Of a stretch of DNA of 64,000 nucleotides, positions 38,841 through 51,032 are shown piece by piece. Both the position numbers and the translations under genes were made by a program. The stretch is from Nageia nagi. Taxonomy: Eukaryota > Plantae > Pinophyta. Below the pieces are notes generated by a model. The model saw nothing but the letters and a program-made list of their open reading frames with translations. It did no database searches and was not told where the DNA came from. Positions within the stretch are counted from its first letter, which is position 1; the number at the start of each line of letters is the position of its first letter. Where the stretch lies: positions 152,334,001 through 152,398,000 of the forward strand of contig JBITNC010000001.1 in the NCBI GenBank assembly GCA_050084985.1. Reading direction: 5' to 3'.

Positions 38841-40174
38841 GTATGGAAAAAGAAAACTGTTCATATTTTTCATTGTTTGATTTAAAATATGCCGTAGAAA
38901 ACAATGTTTTTCTGCCAGCTTCTTAGTTTGATGCACGTTAACACTACATTCTGTTATTAGCAGCAATTTGTTTCAAACTGTGGATCAAATTATCATTTCA
39001 TGCACTTGTGCTTTTCATCCATAGCGGATCATTTTAGAGTTATGAACATACTTAGTGTATGCTGTTACACCTATCAGTCCAGGTCAATTGCTCCATGACC
39101 TGGAGACCATCCATGTGGGTGAGAGGCTGTTGGCATGTGCTGAGTAAGTATTGATTATAGTCGGGGCTTGTAGGTTGGCATGGAGGTGTCTTTTGTTTTC
39201 TCAGTGTCATGGATTACTTTGCAAAGTTTCAGCACTATTGAATACATGCTTATGGACATAGAGTCACTGGGCTGCACAAGTTCGTGATTGCCTCACTGCT
39301 GGGTGAATGAATTCAGTGTTGGACCCATTTATCTTATTGGATACCTTGTGACAGTTAAAATTGATGGAGATACCTATTATGGAGATTGAAAAGCAAGCTG
39401 ATTTTCATGGTATTTGGAGTTTTTTTTTTTAATTGAGTTCCAGATGCTAACTGTTTAAGCACAGAGAAATCCAAGTTCCATCTGGGGTTTTCCATTTGTG
39501 CATGGTCATTGGGGCCATGTGGTTAATGTCAGGTTTTTGTGATAGTGTTTGCAATGTACCTCTCAAGTTTCATAACTAGTGCACACAGCTCTGTTGGAGT
39601 TACTGACAGTCTTCAAACGGGGTGTGTTCAGGTTTATTTGTTAGTATCAAGCTTATATGAGCACGGAGGGTGATAAGGTACTGAATTCATACTTGTTGGA
39701 AAGCTTGCAACCTGATGTAATTGATGAACAAGATGACGTTTGCGTACTGACATACATAATGGTGCATGCAAAGGACAAAAGTAGAAAAACATTAATTATA
39801 AAATAACATTTTTATTCATCCATTCTTTATGCAGTTGTGTCTGCTGTGTTTAAGCTATTGAGGACATTCAGGCAATTGATTTTATTCTTCATTGTACTAC
39901 ACCAGTTTTGTACTGTAATTATCTGTCCATTCGCTCTCTCTTCTTAATTTTTTATATTTAAATATTTTTAAGCATGTTACATGTACTGGAATATATTTTG
40001 GGTCTATATTGCCTCTATATATACATGTAAAAATCTTCCTTAGCAAGCATTGCACTTATATGGTATGTATATTCTAGTGTGCATCCTACATAATGCTCAT
40101 GCACATGTTCTAATGTATTTCTTTGTATATTTTGTATGTAATTTTCCTTGCATGTTCTCTTTGGATTTGATTTT

Positions 40175-40477
40175 TCCAAACCTTCAACCGCAAGGCTATG
40201 GTCCCAATGGATTTGGATACAGTCATGACATGTGATAATAACATCAACAATTTACATGTAGTACTTTGAACTACGAAATGTTTCAAAGTGGCCAAATTGC
40301 CTAAAAGAAAGCGACTGATTTTCTCAAATATAAGGATATTGTTAAATTCCCTATATGTAGAAGAAATGAACCATGACCATGTTTTCAAAATGAAGCTTCA
40401 TATGCATACTTTTATATTCCTTATCATGACTGTATTCAAATCCTTTGGGACCATAGCCTTAGGGTTGGAGGTTTGGA
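40175..40477. repeat. 54-bp inverted repeat (foldback / MITE-like)
   Basis: 40175-40228 is the reverse complement of 40424-40477, with 5 mismatches by my count. Confidence 0.85.
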
Positions 40478-41307
40478 GGCATGCAGATGCAAATTTTTTT
40501 TATTACTTCGAAATATTTGTGTTGCATATGGGGTTATACAGCTGATAACAGATAACTTTTCAATTTCTTAAACACCTTAACGACACAATTGATTTTATGA
40601 CAACTCAGCTACCTAAACACTTTAACCACACAACTGCTACTAGTGGAGGATGAACATCATAATCTGGATTTGATAGGATTTATTGTCTGTATTCTATTTT
40701 GAAGGTAGAGATAAAGGAACACTTAATCTTTGGGTTTTTTAACTACCATGATATCTGAGGCAAAGATTATATATATAGAGATTCAGGGTTACTTGTTACC
40801 TTTTTGAACTAACCCCATATATTTGTTTGGCTTTATAGCTTTGGAAAGAAGAGAGCATTTTTAGATGTCAAGAATATAAGGGGTTCTATGTGGTACTAGG
40901 ACGATTAACTTCTTCATCCTCTTTCAATAATATGTAGCATCCAACACATGGGATGATTTCTGGCCATTGCCATGGACAGTATTAGTTCTGTGATATCATA
41001 TCATTCATGATAAGCAGGTATTGAAGGGCTTTCCTCGTTGCCAACCATTGGGTTTGAGAGATCCTTGCTATAGGGTACCATGTTACTCAATGTAACCAAA
41101 ACAGGCATGCATTTTCAAACTTTTTATTGTATCTAATTGATCATTGTCTTTAGATAGGAGACTACCTAAAGGACCATCTCTATGCCCTCGTAAGATTGCT
41201 CAGCCTAATTTTTTTAGGGCAATTTATTCCGATCTCACATTGGCCCCTCTAGGTTGTTGGATTGGAGAGCATATCTCTAAGATTGCTGATCCTTTGCTTG
41301 TATTTTC

Positions 41308-42531
41308 CAAGGTTGTCACGGATTGAGAGACGGGGGACTGAGGGATGGTAGGGGATGGAGACCAGATTTTAGGAAATGCTTGAGGGGCGGGGGTTGGGGA
41401 CAACAAGTATATAGTTAAAAATCCCTAGAATTTTCATATTAATGAAAATTAAATATAGTTTCAATGTTTTATTTATCTTTTACATTTATGGTTCATCCAA
41501 GGACTAATTCAAATAGTTAATATAATTTGAACATCAACTTAAATATAATATATTTGTATCATTGATTCATTACTATCATATCAATATGAAATTAAAATAT
41601 CAAATTGATGCATACGATAATCTATAGCTACTATAGACATTCTATAATCTACATTGCTCTACCCCTTTGATGATTGTTGGAACTCATAATTGTATATTTC
41701 CTTGGGACTGTCATGCATTCATTGGATTGTTTAGACCTCACTTGATTGTCACATATATATTTGTTGGGACCGTTTTTGATACCTGAACTAGTGTACTTCA
41801 ACTATTACCAGTGCATTTGTTGGGACTGCTATTGACACCTGAATTTGATTGTTACTTTGCATTTCTTGGGTTTCCTTTTTGATAACTGAATTTGATTGTT
41901 GTACATGTATTTATTCAGGACTATTACAATGAACAAATTCATGATTTGAACTACAATCTTATGATTTTTCACAACCTACATTTCTATCACATGGGTACAA
42001 TCAAGATCTAATAGACACTTCCTAACAAAACGATAAAATATTGAAAAAAATATTTGCTCCTTATTTTCCTTCACTATTGCTCTTCACTATTGTTCTCTTC
42101 TCTCATCTTCATTATTGTGTTTTTTTTGTGGGTAGTGTGAATGCCAAAATGTTTCCAAGGAGGAATATATTAGATGTTTTTAGGTTTTTGGGGATGAAGA
42201 CTTTTGTGGGTCCCACCACCCTCATTTGCAATTCAAAAAAATATATAAATAAATTGAGGCTTTTTTTTGGTGTCAAATGGTTGCTCAGTTGTGGGGGCTG
42301 TCCCCTAGGCATCTACTGGCTGTCCCTAGGAACTTCTAACCATCCCCCATCTGTCCCCCTTTTCATAGGCATCTCCAGGATGTTCCTTGAGGTTAGGAAA
42401 ACGTCTTGGAAGCATCTCTTCCCTACACCCTCAAAAGCAGATTGGAGGGAAGCATACCCGATGGCATTTCCCAGTCTTAGGGACGAGGGATGACAATTTT
42501 GAGGGGGGTCATGCGTCCTTTGACAACCTTG
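41308..42531. mobile_element. Non-autonomous hAT DNA transposon
   Basis: TIR CAAGGTTGTCA / TGACAACCTTG. Perfect 8-bp TSD GTATTTTC (41300-41307 / 42532-42539). GGGGAC/GTCCCC subterminal motifs. No transposase. Confidence 0.9.
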
Positions 42532-45500
42532 GTATTTTCCAAAATATTCCCTTCTCTAGGAAAGAGCATGCATTATTGCATTTCTTTTGTCTTTTGAGAT
42601 TCCTAAGTTTTCCCTTCTAGTTTGGGTCCATCTAAATGGAAGATGTCCAAATATGAAAAACTGCCTTCTCACATTGCCCAATAGTATCCTTAAAGATTTA
42701 TTGAATGCCTCCACAATTTGTCATGGTAATTTTATTGGCAGAAGGGAAAACCTTGCTTGTTGTAAGGTGATCTTGTTGGTTGAAAGGGAAGGGTGCTATT
42801 TTTTACCTCAAGTTTGTGCTTCCTAGTGCGTAATAACTCTACTTTTTTAAGTAATGTTATGTTTATATGCCAAAATAAACCATTTTTGAATGTCAAATTT
42901 TTCTCATTTGGTCCCCTTTTAGCTTTAGCTTGTGATTGTCTTTGCCCCTTATGATATGGGACCCGTTGGTGCACATTGTTCTTGGAGGTCCCTACACTAT
43001 TTGGTGCCCAAAGCTTCCTTGAGTTGGGATGGGCGATCTTTTGGAGTGAAATACATAAGAGCCAATTGTTAAATTGTATTCTTGTATCTTTTGTCTTAGA
43101 TTCTGCATTAAGGATTTGGACTTCCAATAAATCTTGAAGATGGTGAAATGTGTAAAGCATTTCTTTTTGATTAGAGGACATCAATAAGGTATGGAAAGGA
43201 CACAAGATGTAAGGCAACCTAGAGGCAAGTTGGAATTAGGTTGAGTTTGACTTTATGATGTGTTCCTAATTAAGTACTTTAAAATTATCATAATCATGAC
43301 ATCACCATGTGGTAATGTTTTTATGATATTAGCTAATTCTTTTCTTTAAGCATGGCTTTGTCACCTTGAAGATGGAATTGATGTCCATTTGGTGGAGCTA
43401 GGCCATTGTGAATTGTTAGTGTAGTTCATTAAAGAACCCATCATCCTTGATAAGACCAAAATCTCTAACATAGAAAAAATGTTTGGCTGTTGCATCATGT
43501 ATCATTGTGTCTATTTATTTTGGTTAATATTCTTTGATTTTTCTGTTTTCGCATGTTGCTTGTTTGAGATGCATCTATCAAAGGATTAAATATACAATGT
43601 AATTATAAAAGAGTGATGGTATATGTGTTAATCAAGGGGTAAAACCATGCATCCATCAAAGGAAAAAATTGATGAATAAAAAGTTTAAAATAAGTAATAA
43701 GATTATTCTAGTAATTGTAGAATCTTATTAGATTCACTACATCAACAATTCTTTAGGTTCAGCTCAACCAGTGTTGCAATAACCTTGATAAGATTATTGA
43801 ACTCTCATAAGCAGAAGCATAAACATAAACAAGAGCTGAACTCTTCACCAATTCACCCAATATCTTAAGTTTGGATTTAACCAAACATCCACAATGAACC
43901 AATGAAGTAATGAAGCAACCTTTGGAACTGAATCACCACATAACTATGGAACAATCAACTAGAATGAGATTGTTGTAGCAAACACACTCTGTATTGATGA
44001 CAAACACATAATCATATACAATGAACTTTGTATATATTATACATATAGACTTGCTCTTATAGAGAACATACCTGTTCTACAACTTATACTAAACTATGCT
44101 ATTCATAGAGCTCTCAAGATATCTCTCTAACACCCTACATTACATTATCTATCATGTTCTACACACTGAAAAATGAAATGGGTACATGCTTATATAGTTC
44201 TTTGTGAGAACTAGAATAGACTCAAACAATTGACAAGGATAATCTCAACAATTATTACAATCCAATCCATAAAATTAACAAACCAACTAAAATAGGTTTC
44301 AAATCTTATCCTAAATCACACCAAACATAGTAGACATTATAGCTATGAATCACAAACAACTAACACATTGAGCTAAACTAAGACAGTTGGTCAAAATTGA
44401 CCAAAAATAGCTAAAACTAGAAAATAATGATGAAACATGGTTCCTTTGACAAAACACGATTGCATTCTACAAACATGGTAATGTTTGGCTAGAAACGTGG
44501 TAGGGATTGCATTTGGGCCTCTGATGAAATGTGGACAAGGTTGTGTTTCCGAGCAGTGTAGGAAAACTTAGTTTTGAGTTTTGATTTTGGTCTTTGATGA
44601 ATGCAAGTTTCCAATGTAGGCCAATGGGACCCTCCAAAAATATTTTTTTACAATGTATTGTGGCTAACTAAGAAAGATTTGTCTTCAAAACATAGTAAGT
44701 ACACCAAATCAAAATCAAGTAAATGAAAGTGAATTGAAAAGTGAAACTATTTTCTAACATATGATTTGAGCATCATGGGTGGATCAAGACATGAGTAAAC
44801 TCTAAATACATCAAAAATAGCAATGTGGAGGAATCAACAACCTAGGAAGAGGAGCTCAATGAAAGCTAATGTGCCAACTCTAATATGTAATGAAATGCAA
44901 AGTAGAGAGAAGCCTTTCATCATCTTCAATTATTTCAAAGGGGCCAACAAAGGATGTAATGAGGCTCCCAAGAGCATGGCCAAGATGTAGGGGATCAAGT
45001 CAGATTATCCTTGGGAGATCAAGTAGGTTTGTTTTGCATGTCTTGGACAAGCTTGGAGTAGTTTATACATGACAGTGAAGAGTAATAGCTCCATCTAGGC
45101 TGATATAAGAAGAGGGATGCATCTAAGCCCTAGTAACCACTCTTCAAGGTGGACGAGACCTCACAAATTTGTCATCGCTATTTTGGAAAATTGTAGTCTT
45201 TGATGAATTTTTTTCTCCAAATGGTAGGGATAGGTTGAAAGAATAAAGTGATCTATCAACTGGTTGTTGATATCTCCTCTAGCAACTAATACCTAAGAGT
45301 AATAAGTTCTTGAAGGAACAAGGCCAAGTATTTTTGTTCAAGAAAATGAAAAAATGTGGGAAGGGACATGTTCGAAGTTCTAGACATGCAATTATATTTC
45401 CCTCAAATTTCATGATTGATGGGAAAATTGGAGATAAATTATTCTTCAGTTCCATGTTATCGTGAAGGCGAATGTGAATTGCCTTGTCCTCTATAGGAGT

Positions 45501-45758
45501 GTAGTGGTGTGTCTCTACTTGTAGTTGATGAGAGCAAGCTTTGAGATAACTAAGGGTAATAGTTAGGTTGTGTGTCTAATGTTGTTGGAGAAACTTGAGA
45601 CAATTGATAATGCCATTCTCAATCCTCATGAAATGCTCTAAGCAGAAGGCTAACTTAGGATTGAGAAGTTGGGGCAAAGGGATCCAATGGACTTGAATAT
45701 ATTACCAATTTATGTTGTCTTGGTTGCATGGTTAATCACATTTTAACTAGGAAGAATG

Positions 45759-47272
45759 TGTTGTGCATGCACAACACTCCCCCAAAGTTTTTGCATTTTC
45801 GAGGACCCTCATACGACTAAAAAGCATGACATGATAATTTTTCCAGTCAAATGCATGAGTCTCAAGAAAAAAAAACGAGAAGAAAAGTGATAAAATTGCA
45901 TATTTTGATGAAACAAGTCCCAAAAGTCATTTTCCTCTTATGTGCATGTTCTTGTGTAAGTTCTTGTGCACTCACCAAAAATGGTGCGCCCAGCCTTACT
46001 TGCACTTACCATGTCCAACTCTACATTTTTCATGTTTGGTTCACTCCCCATCATTAAAAACATGGCATTCTCCTCATTGCACATCATTGTGGGATCATTC
46101 TGGTCATTTTTGAGAAATTTTGACAAGTTTTGGACTTGGGTGAAGCACCCTCTTAAAATGGTGCGCCCAAGGGATGGAGCATTTTTAACACTTAATATTT
46201 TTTTTTTCCTAGAAAAATAGCATGAATGCATGGTTTTTGGGGAGTGCAAAAGCACTCACCCAAAATGGTGTGCCTACTCTTCATTAGCATAAAGAATAGT
46301 TAAGTGTCAAAAATCTGGAGCATTCATTTGTGGGGTAAAAAAGTGTCCCTCCATGCATAGGGCCTTCATTTGCATCAATTAGTGTGTGACACCTATCCAT
46401 TTAGAGGTGTAGTGCCTATATATATATATCCCACTTCGGTCATTTAGAAGGGGATTTTTGCTATTGAAGTAAAGGAATGCTCCGTTAAGTTGTTGAAAAT
46501 ATTTTGCAAAGTTGATTATGCATGTTATCTTGTAGGATTTTCTTACCAGTTTGAGTAATTTTTACTACTTAAGTGCATTCTCTTTCAATTCTAAGAGTTT
46601 TAAGGGAAGATGATTGAATATCTTGTGAAGTAGTCTAAATTGTTCATTGCATAATTCACATATAAGTGTATGTATTCTAGGGAAAATGTTTTTCTCTATG
46701 TCATTTAGTTAGAATATGTATTCACATGTTGGCCATTTCCCTTCATCTTCACCTCCATTGAGTCGTCCATCATAGACTGAACAACTCCGTGCTCTCGTAT
46801 AGTAGCAACTTGAGCTTTTCTATTTGCTCTAGGCTTGAAAAGTGAATACAAATTTCTTAAGGAATTTGGGGGTGAACTGTCAGGATATTGCATTACTGGT
46901 GAACATTTCATATGCTTATTTCTCATTCCATGGATCTAGGCTTGAAAAGTGAATACAAATTTCTTAAGGAATTTGGGGGTGAATTGTCAGGACACTACAT
47001 CACTGGTGAACATTTCATATTCTTATTTCTCATTCCATGGATCTATCCTTACATTTGTGATTTTTCCTTGCTTTTAAGCACATAACTCATGATTTAAGTT
47101 AGTTGCGGAGTCTCAATTGTATAAAGGTTGACAATATGCATCTCTTGCCATTGTGCATGGCCCATATTCCATGTGAGTGCTTGGGGTATAAAGTCCTTTC
47201 ATGTAGAACCAAGTAATGCTGTTTCCCCCAAGTTGAGTTGTAGTTTTGGAAGGAACAAAAAACATACCAACA
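45759..47272 (+). mobile_element. Short (1,514 bp) member of the terminal-palindrome solo-LTR-like family
   Basis: Starts with the perfect palindrome TGTTGTGCATGCACAACA and ends AAAACATACCAACA. Near-TSD gaatg/aaatg. TATA-like run at ~46417. Both ends homologous to 29491-36213. Confidence 0.82.
46829..47042. repeat. 107-bp tandem duplication
   Basis: ctaggcttgaaaagtgaatac... begins at 46829 and again at 46936. Confidence 0.9.
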
Positions 47273-50125
47273 AAATGTAGAGAGGAGCATTTGCAAAGTA
47301 TTTGAATGGAGATAGATGGTTTATAGAGGTGCCAAATAATTGAAGAAGTGAGCTAGCTTTCGAGTACTTATTTTGGACAGTACTTATCTTGGAGATGAAG
47401 AGGATGGATTGCAAACTTAGCTTGGACAATACACAATATTTATAATGGTAAACTATGGGTTATTCACTAATAGAAAAATCCACTTTGAATTTCAAAGATT
47501 CTATCATCTCTCAATTGAAATACACAACAACTATGGCTCTCATACAAAGCTCAACAGCTTACATATGGCTCACACAGAGTCACAACACACTAGCAAGTTC
47601 TCTAGAGATGCAACGCAATTTTTTCAATACAATCAGCTCTATACAATGCTTATTCTACCAACTTTTTCTTGCTTTCTACACAATCCAATGGATTGCTTCC
47701 TTGTAGAGTGTGTAGCCATTGGACATGATAGTCAAACTATAATTTAATTCAAGCATGGTGGCTCATGTCTTTCCACTTGGAAATGTACAAGTGGGTCATG
47801 CTACATTTATTTGTACATGGCACCGTTTTGTTGTGTATTCTTTAATGCACAATAGAACATATTCTTGTTACTTACTTTAATAACCAATAACTTAAACTAA
47901 ATAATATATGTTCTTGGTATTTTAATTTGAACTTATTTAAATAATCACAAGATTACATTACCATCTCAGAAGGAAAAAACTATAGAAAACTTTGATGAGA
48001 TTCCTTAGTAACTTAGTAATAGCTTCAAGAGTGAAAACATGGTTTATAGTTTGATGTTCATCCTGAAGGCCAACTTTCCCTCTCTCTCTCTAAGCTTGGT
48101 TTTCCCCATTGATTTGAAAATTTTATGTCAAAGGTTGTGACATAAAGTTTAACAATTGTGTGACGAATTGTGATAGTTTTGTAATTGCTAGGATCACATT
48201 GTGATCATATTTGTTGACGGGGTGAATAACATGTTGCAATCAAGGAGGAGGAATATGAGAGCTAATGATCTCATTGAATGTCCTTGAAAAGGGATGCATA
48301 TTAGATTCAACACCATGGTTGAAAGACTCATCCTGAAGTCCCTCAATCAACAACCTTGCTCGTTCAAAGTTTTTGTATGGTTCTATTGATCCCCCTTGGG
48401 AAAAAAGAGAAACATGGTGGAGGGTAAGAGACATGGATGCCAAGCTGCCTCAAGATATGATGCAAGGAATTGCTATGAGAGACCTATGTCTAAGGTTAAT
48501 GCATGTATGGGATATTTAAAATACATGCAAAAGCTTAACGATCCAGTATCAACTTGCCACTTGATGAGTCCTTAGTAAATAATAGATGAATGTTCAGTCA
48601 GCTTCAAAAACTCATGAGTCAACTGTAGTTTCTGTTCAACTGAACTATGCAAGTTTACTCACAAGATTTGGGATTACTTGTAGTGTTTGATAGCTATGGA
48701 TATAACTTGGATAGTCATGACCTCTCCTACCAATCATTTAATTCCTCATAATAAGGTAGTTAATATATGTACTAATATAGGAAGATATAATATATTATGA
48801 ATTTATATCAGAAGGTAGTGATTATTGGGTTTGCTTTAGTTTCCCAACTTTCCTGATTGTTGTTCTAGATAACCTATTGCGAGTTAAGTGCTTTTGTTCT
48901 TTTGCTTCTACATTGGACAGCATGTGAGAGTTTGTTTTTGGCTGATAAATTCCCCTTTGGTGTAACCTTTGGCTTGTATGTGACATCCAATTGGTATCTC
49001 TTTTCTCAAACATCTGAGACTTGCACCTGACGTTGTTTGTGGGGTATGTCCACATTGAAAGTTGGATGTGGTAATGTACACAATTTCAACATATTAACTT
49101 AGTAACATTGATTTTACGGATTTGAACATAGTGCTTTCCTATGGAAGTCTCACTTGTTTACTGCTTGAGCCTATCCCATTTAGCACAAGTTACAATGCAA
49201 GATAATTATCTAATATATTTATTGTGTGTTCTAGTAAATTTACGTGGAATGGCTATTTTACCTTTCTTTGATATTGTGAAGGGTCCATGATGTGCTGGGT
49301 ATAGTTTATACATTTATTGCATGACAATGATTTGTTTAAATTCCTTTTATATATATCAATAAAAATTTAAACTGATTATGGTGTTCTATATTGGTCTTGG
49401 TAAATGTATGCAACTGAATGTTCCCAGTCCGATTCTTTGAGGCAATGAGGTCTGTGAAACACTATCTTAATCCAAGGCAATACTGTGTGTGAACATCATG
49501 AAATCTATCACAGACATATAGAGGGTAGCATTTTAAAGTTCAACATGTATGCACTGTCTTTCACACCCAGCCCAACTATTACTTCTGTTCAGTTATACTT
49601 TTATACACGTCATGCTTGCATGCTTCCGTTCAATTATACTATTATGCACATGCCATTGCTTGCATAGGGTATATAAACTATAAAGGATTGGCAGTATATT
49701 ACCACCGAAAATGTAGGATCTAGTGTTGTCAAAAATTAGAAACGATAGTTTGAACATTGCAATGTCAATCACGTTAAATGTTAGGTCTCAAAAGTACTTT
49801 AGACTATGATGATTCATACAATAATATTTCTTGAGATGAGAAAACGAATATACAGTGTGACCTGTTTCCTTAATTTCTGATTCATATGTTGAAGAGTTTA
49901 TTTTTGTAAATGAAAAAAATTAATCAAGAGCAAGCAGAATAATGCTTTGTCAAAATGCACAAGGTTCTGTGGTAGGAAAGAAGGATTGCTTCAAGTAGCA
50001 CAGAGATATGGACCATTTAACTTTTTTCTTGATAATTGTGAAGGATCATGCAGGAATCCTCATTCTTTTAGACGCGTTTTTTATAAATAGTCAGATCAAG
50101 TTAAAGGCTTAATGCAATTTTGTAG

Positions 50126-50239
50126 GTACTGAACATGCTTTGTTGTTGGGTTGAAGATCCAAACTCAGAGGCTTTTAAAAGGCATCTTCCACGAATTGCA
50201 GACTATCTATGGGTTGCAGAGGATGGCATGAAAATGCAG
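50126..50239 (+). CDS. CAS1: CAS1 exon (114 nt; [38 protein letters not shown])
   Basis: Translated by hand (too short for the ORF track). tgtAG acceptor, CAG|GT donor, conserved OSC sequence. Confidence 0.95.
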
Positions 50240-50445
50240 GTTGGAATACATATATTTCTTATTGGTTATCATTCTGTGGATGTTTGTTTTAAAGTCATAA
50301 GACATTAATTACCATTTTTTTTGACATAAATCTGATTAGTTTACCTGTGAACTTGCTATTTTTATTTTCATTTTTAAAGTCTTGTTTAAATTAGCATACA
50401 ATGGCATTCTGTTAAATATTTAATAGCTATGGTATTTGTTATTAG

Positions 50446-50568
50446 GGTTACAATGGAAGTCAGTTATGGGACACATCATTTGCCACTCAAGCACTTATCT
50501 CAACCAACCTTCTTGAAGAATGTGGTCCACTGCTTAAGAAGGCACATCAGTATATTGAAAAGACGCAG
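50446..50568 (+). CDS. CAS1: CAS1 exon (123 nt; [41 protein letters not shown])
   Basis: attAG acceptor, CAG|GT donor. GYNGSQLWD contains the Tyr equivalent to AtCAS1 Y410. Confidence 0.95.
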
Positions 50569-50723
50569 GTTCATACTATATGAGTGTTTTGTTATCTTGT
50601 AACCACAATAAGTCTTGTTTTTAAGTGTTTTCCATCTATTTGAAAAAATTGATATTATATTATTTTTCAGTTTGATGCACCTTGTCTCAATATGGTTTTA
50701 ATATGTTTTGGGGTGTTTTGAAG

Positions 50724-50846
50724 TCTCGAGAAAACTGTTCGGGAGATTTGAACTACTATTATCGACATATTTCTTATGGTGCCTGGCCTTTCTCAACAAG
50801 AGATCATGGTTGGCCAATATCAGACTGCTCTTCTGAGGGCTTAAAG
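50724..50846 (+). CDS. CAS1: CAS1 catalytic exon (123 nt; [41 protein letters not shown])
   Basis: Aligns without gaps to AtCAS1 [41 protein letters not shown] (recalled). H477, I481 and D483 equivalents are present. gaAG acceptor, AAG|GTATA donor. Confidence 0.93.
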
Positions 50847-50933
50847 GTATATGGTGATTCAAGCAGCATTTTTTGTTTCATTTAATATTGTAATTCTTAT
50901 CTGCTAACGTGCATTACATCCTTTTTCATGCAG

Positions 50934-51032
50934 GCAGCGTTGGCATTATCACAATTACCTGAAGACATTGTGGGAGAACCATTGTCACCACAGCGTTGTT
51001 TTGACTGTGTCCATTTGATGCTTTCAATGCAG
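50934..51032 (+). CDS. CAS1: CAS1 exon (99 nt; AALALSQLPEDIVGEPLSPQRCFDCVHLMLSMQ), followed by a GC donor
   Basis: Branch-like ctaac and atgcAG acceptor. Ends CAG|GCAAGC. In frame with the next exon (SMQ|NKEGG). Confidence 0.92.

Noticed and set aside
43640-47960. LTR-like and coding-like remnants around the 45759-47272 insertion, and similar DNA at 60424-61018
   Set aside because: Probably old LTR-element debris, but I could not fix termini, TSDs or protein motifs.
50446-50846. Assignment as lanosterol, beta-amyrin or lupeol synthase
   Set aside because: Tyr410/His477/Ile481 equivalents and MWCHCR fit cycloartenol synthase, not the Val481 of lanosterol synthase or the MWCYCR/MLCYCR motifs.
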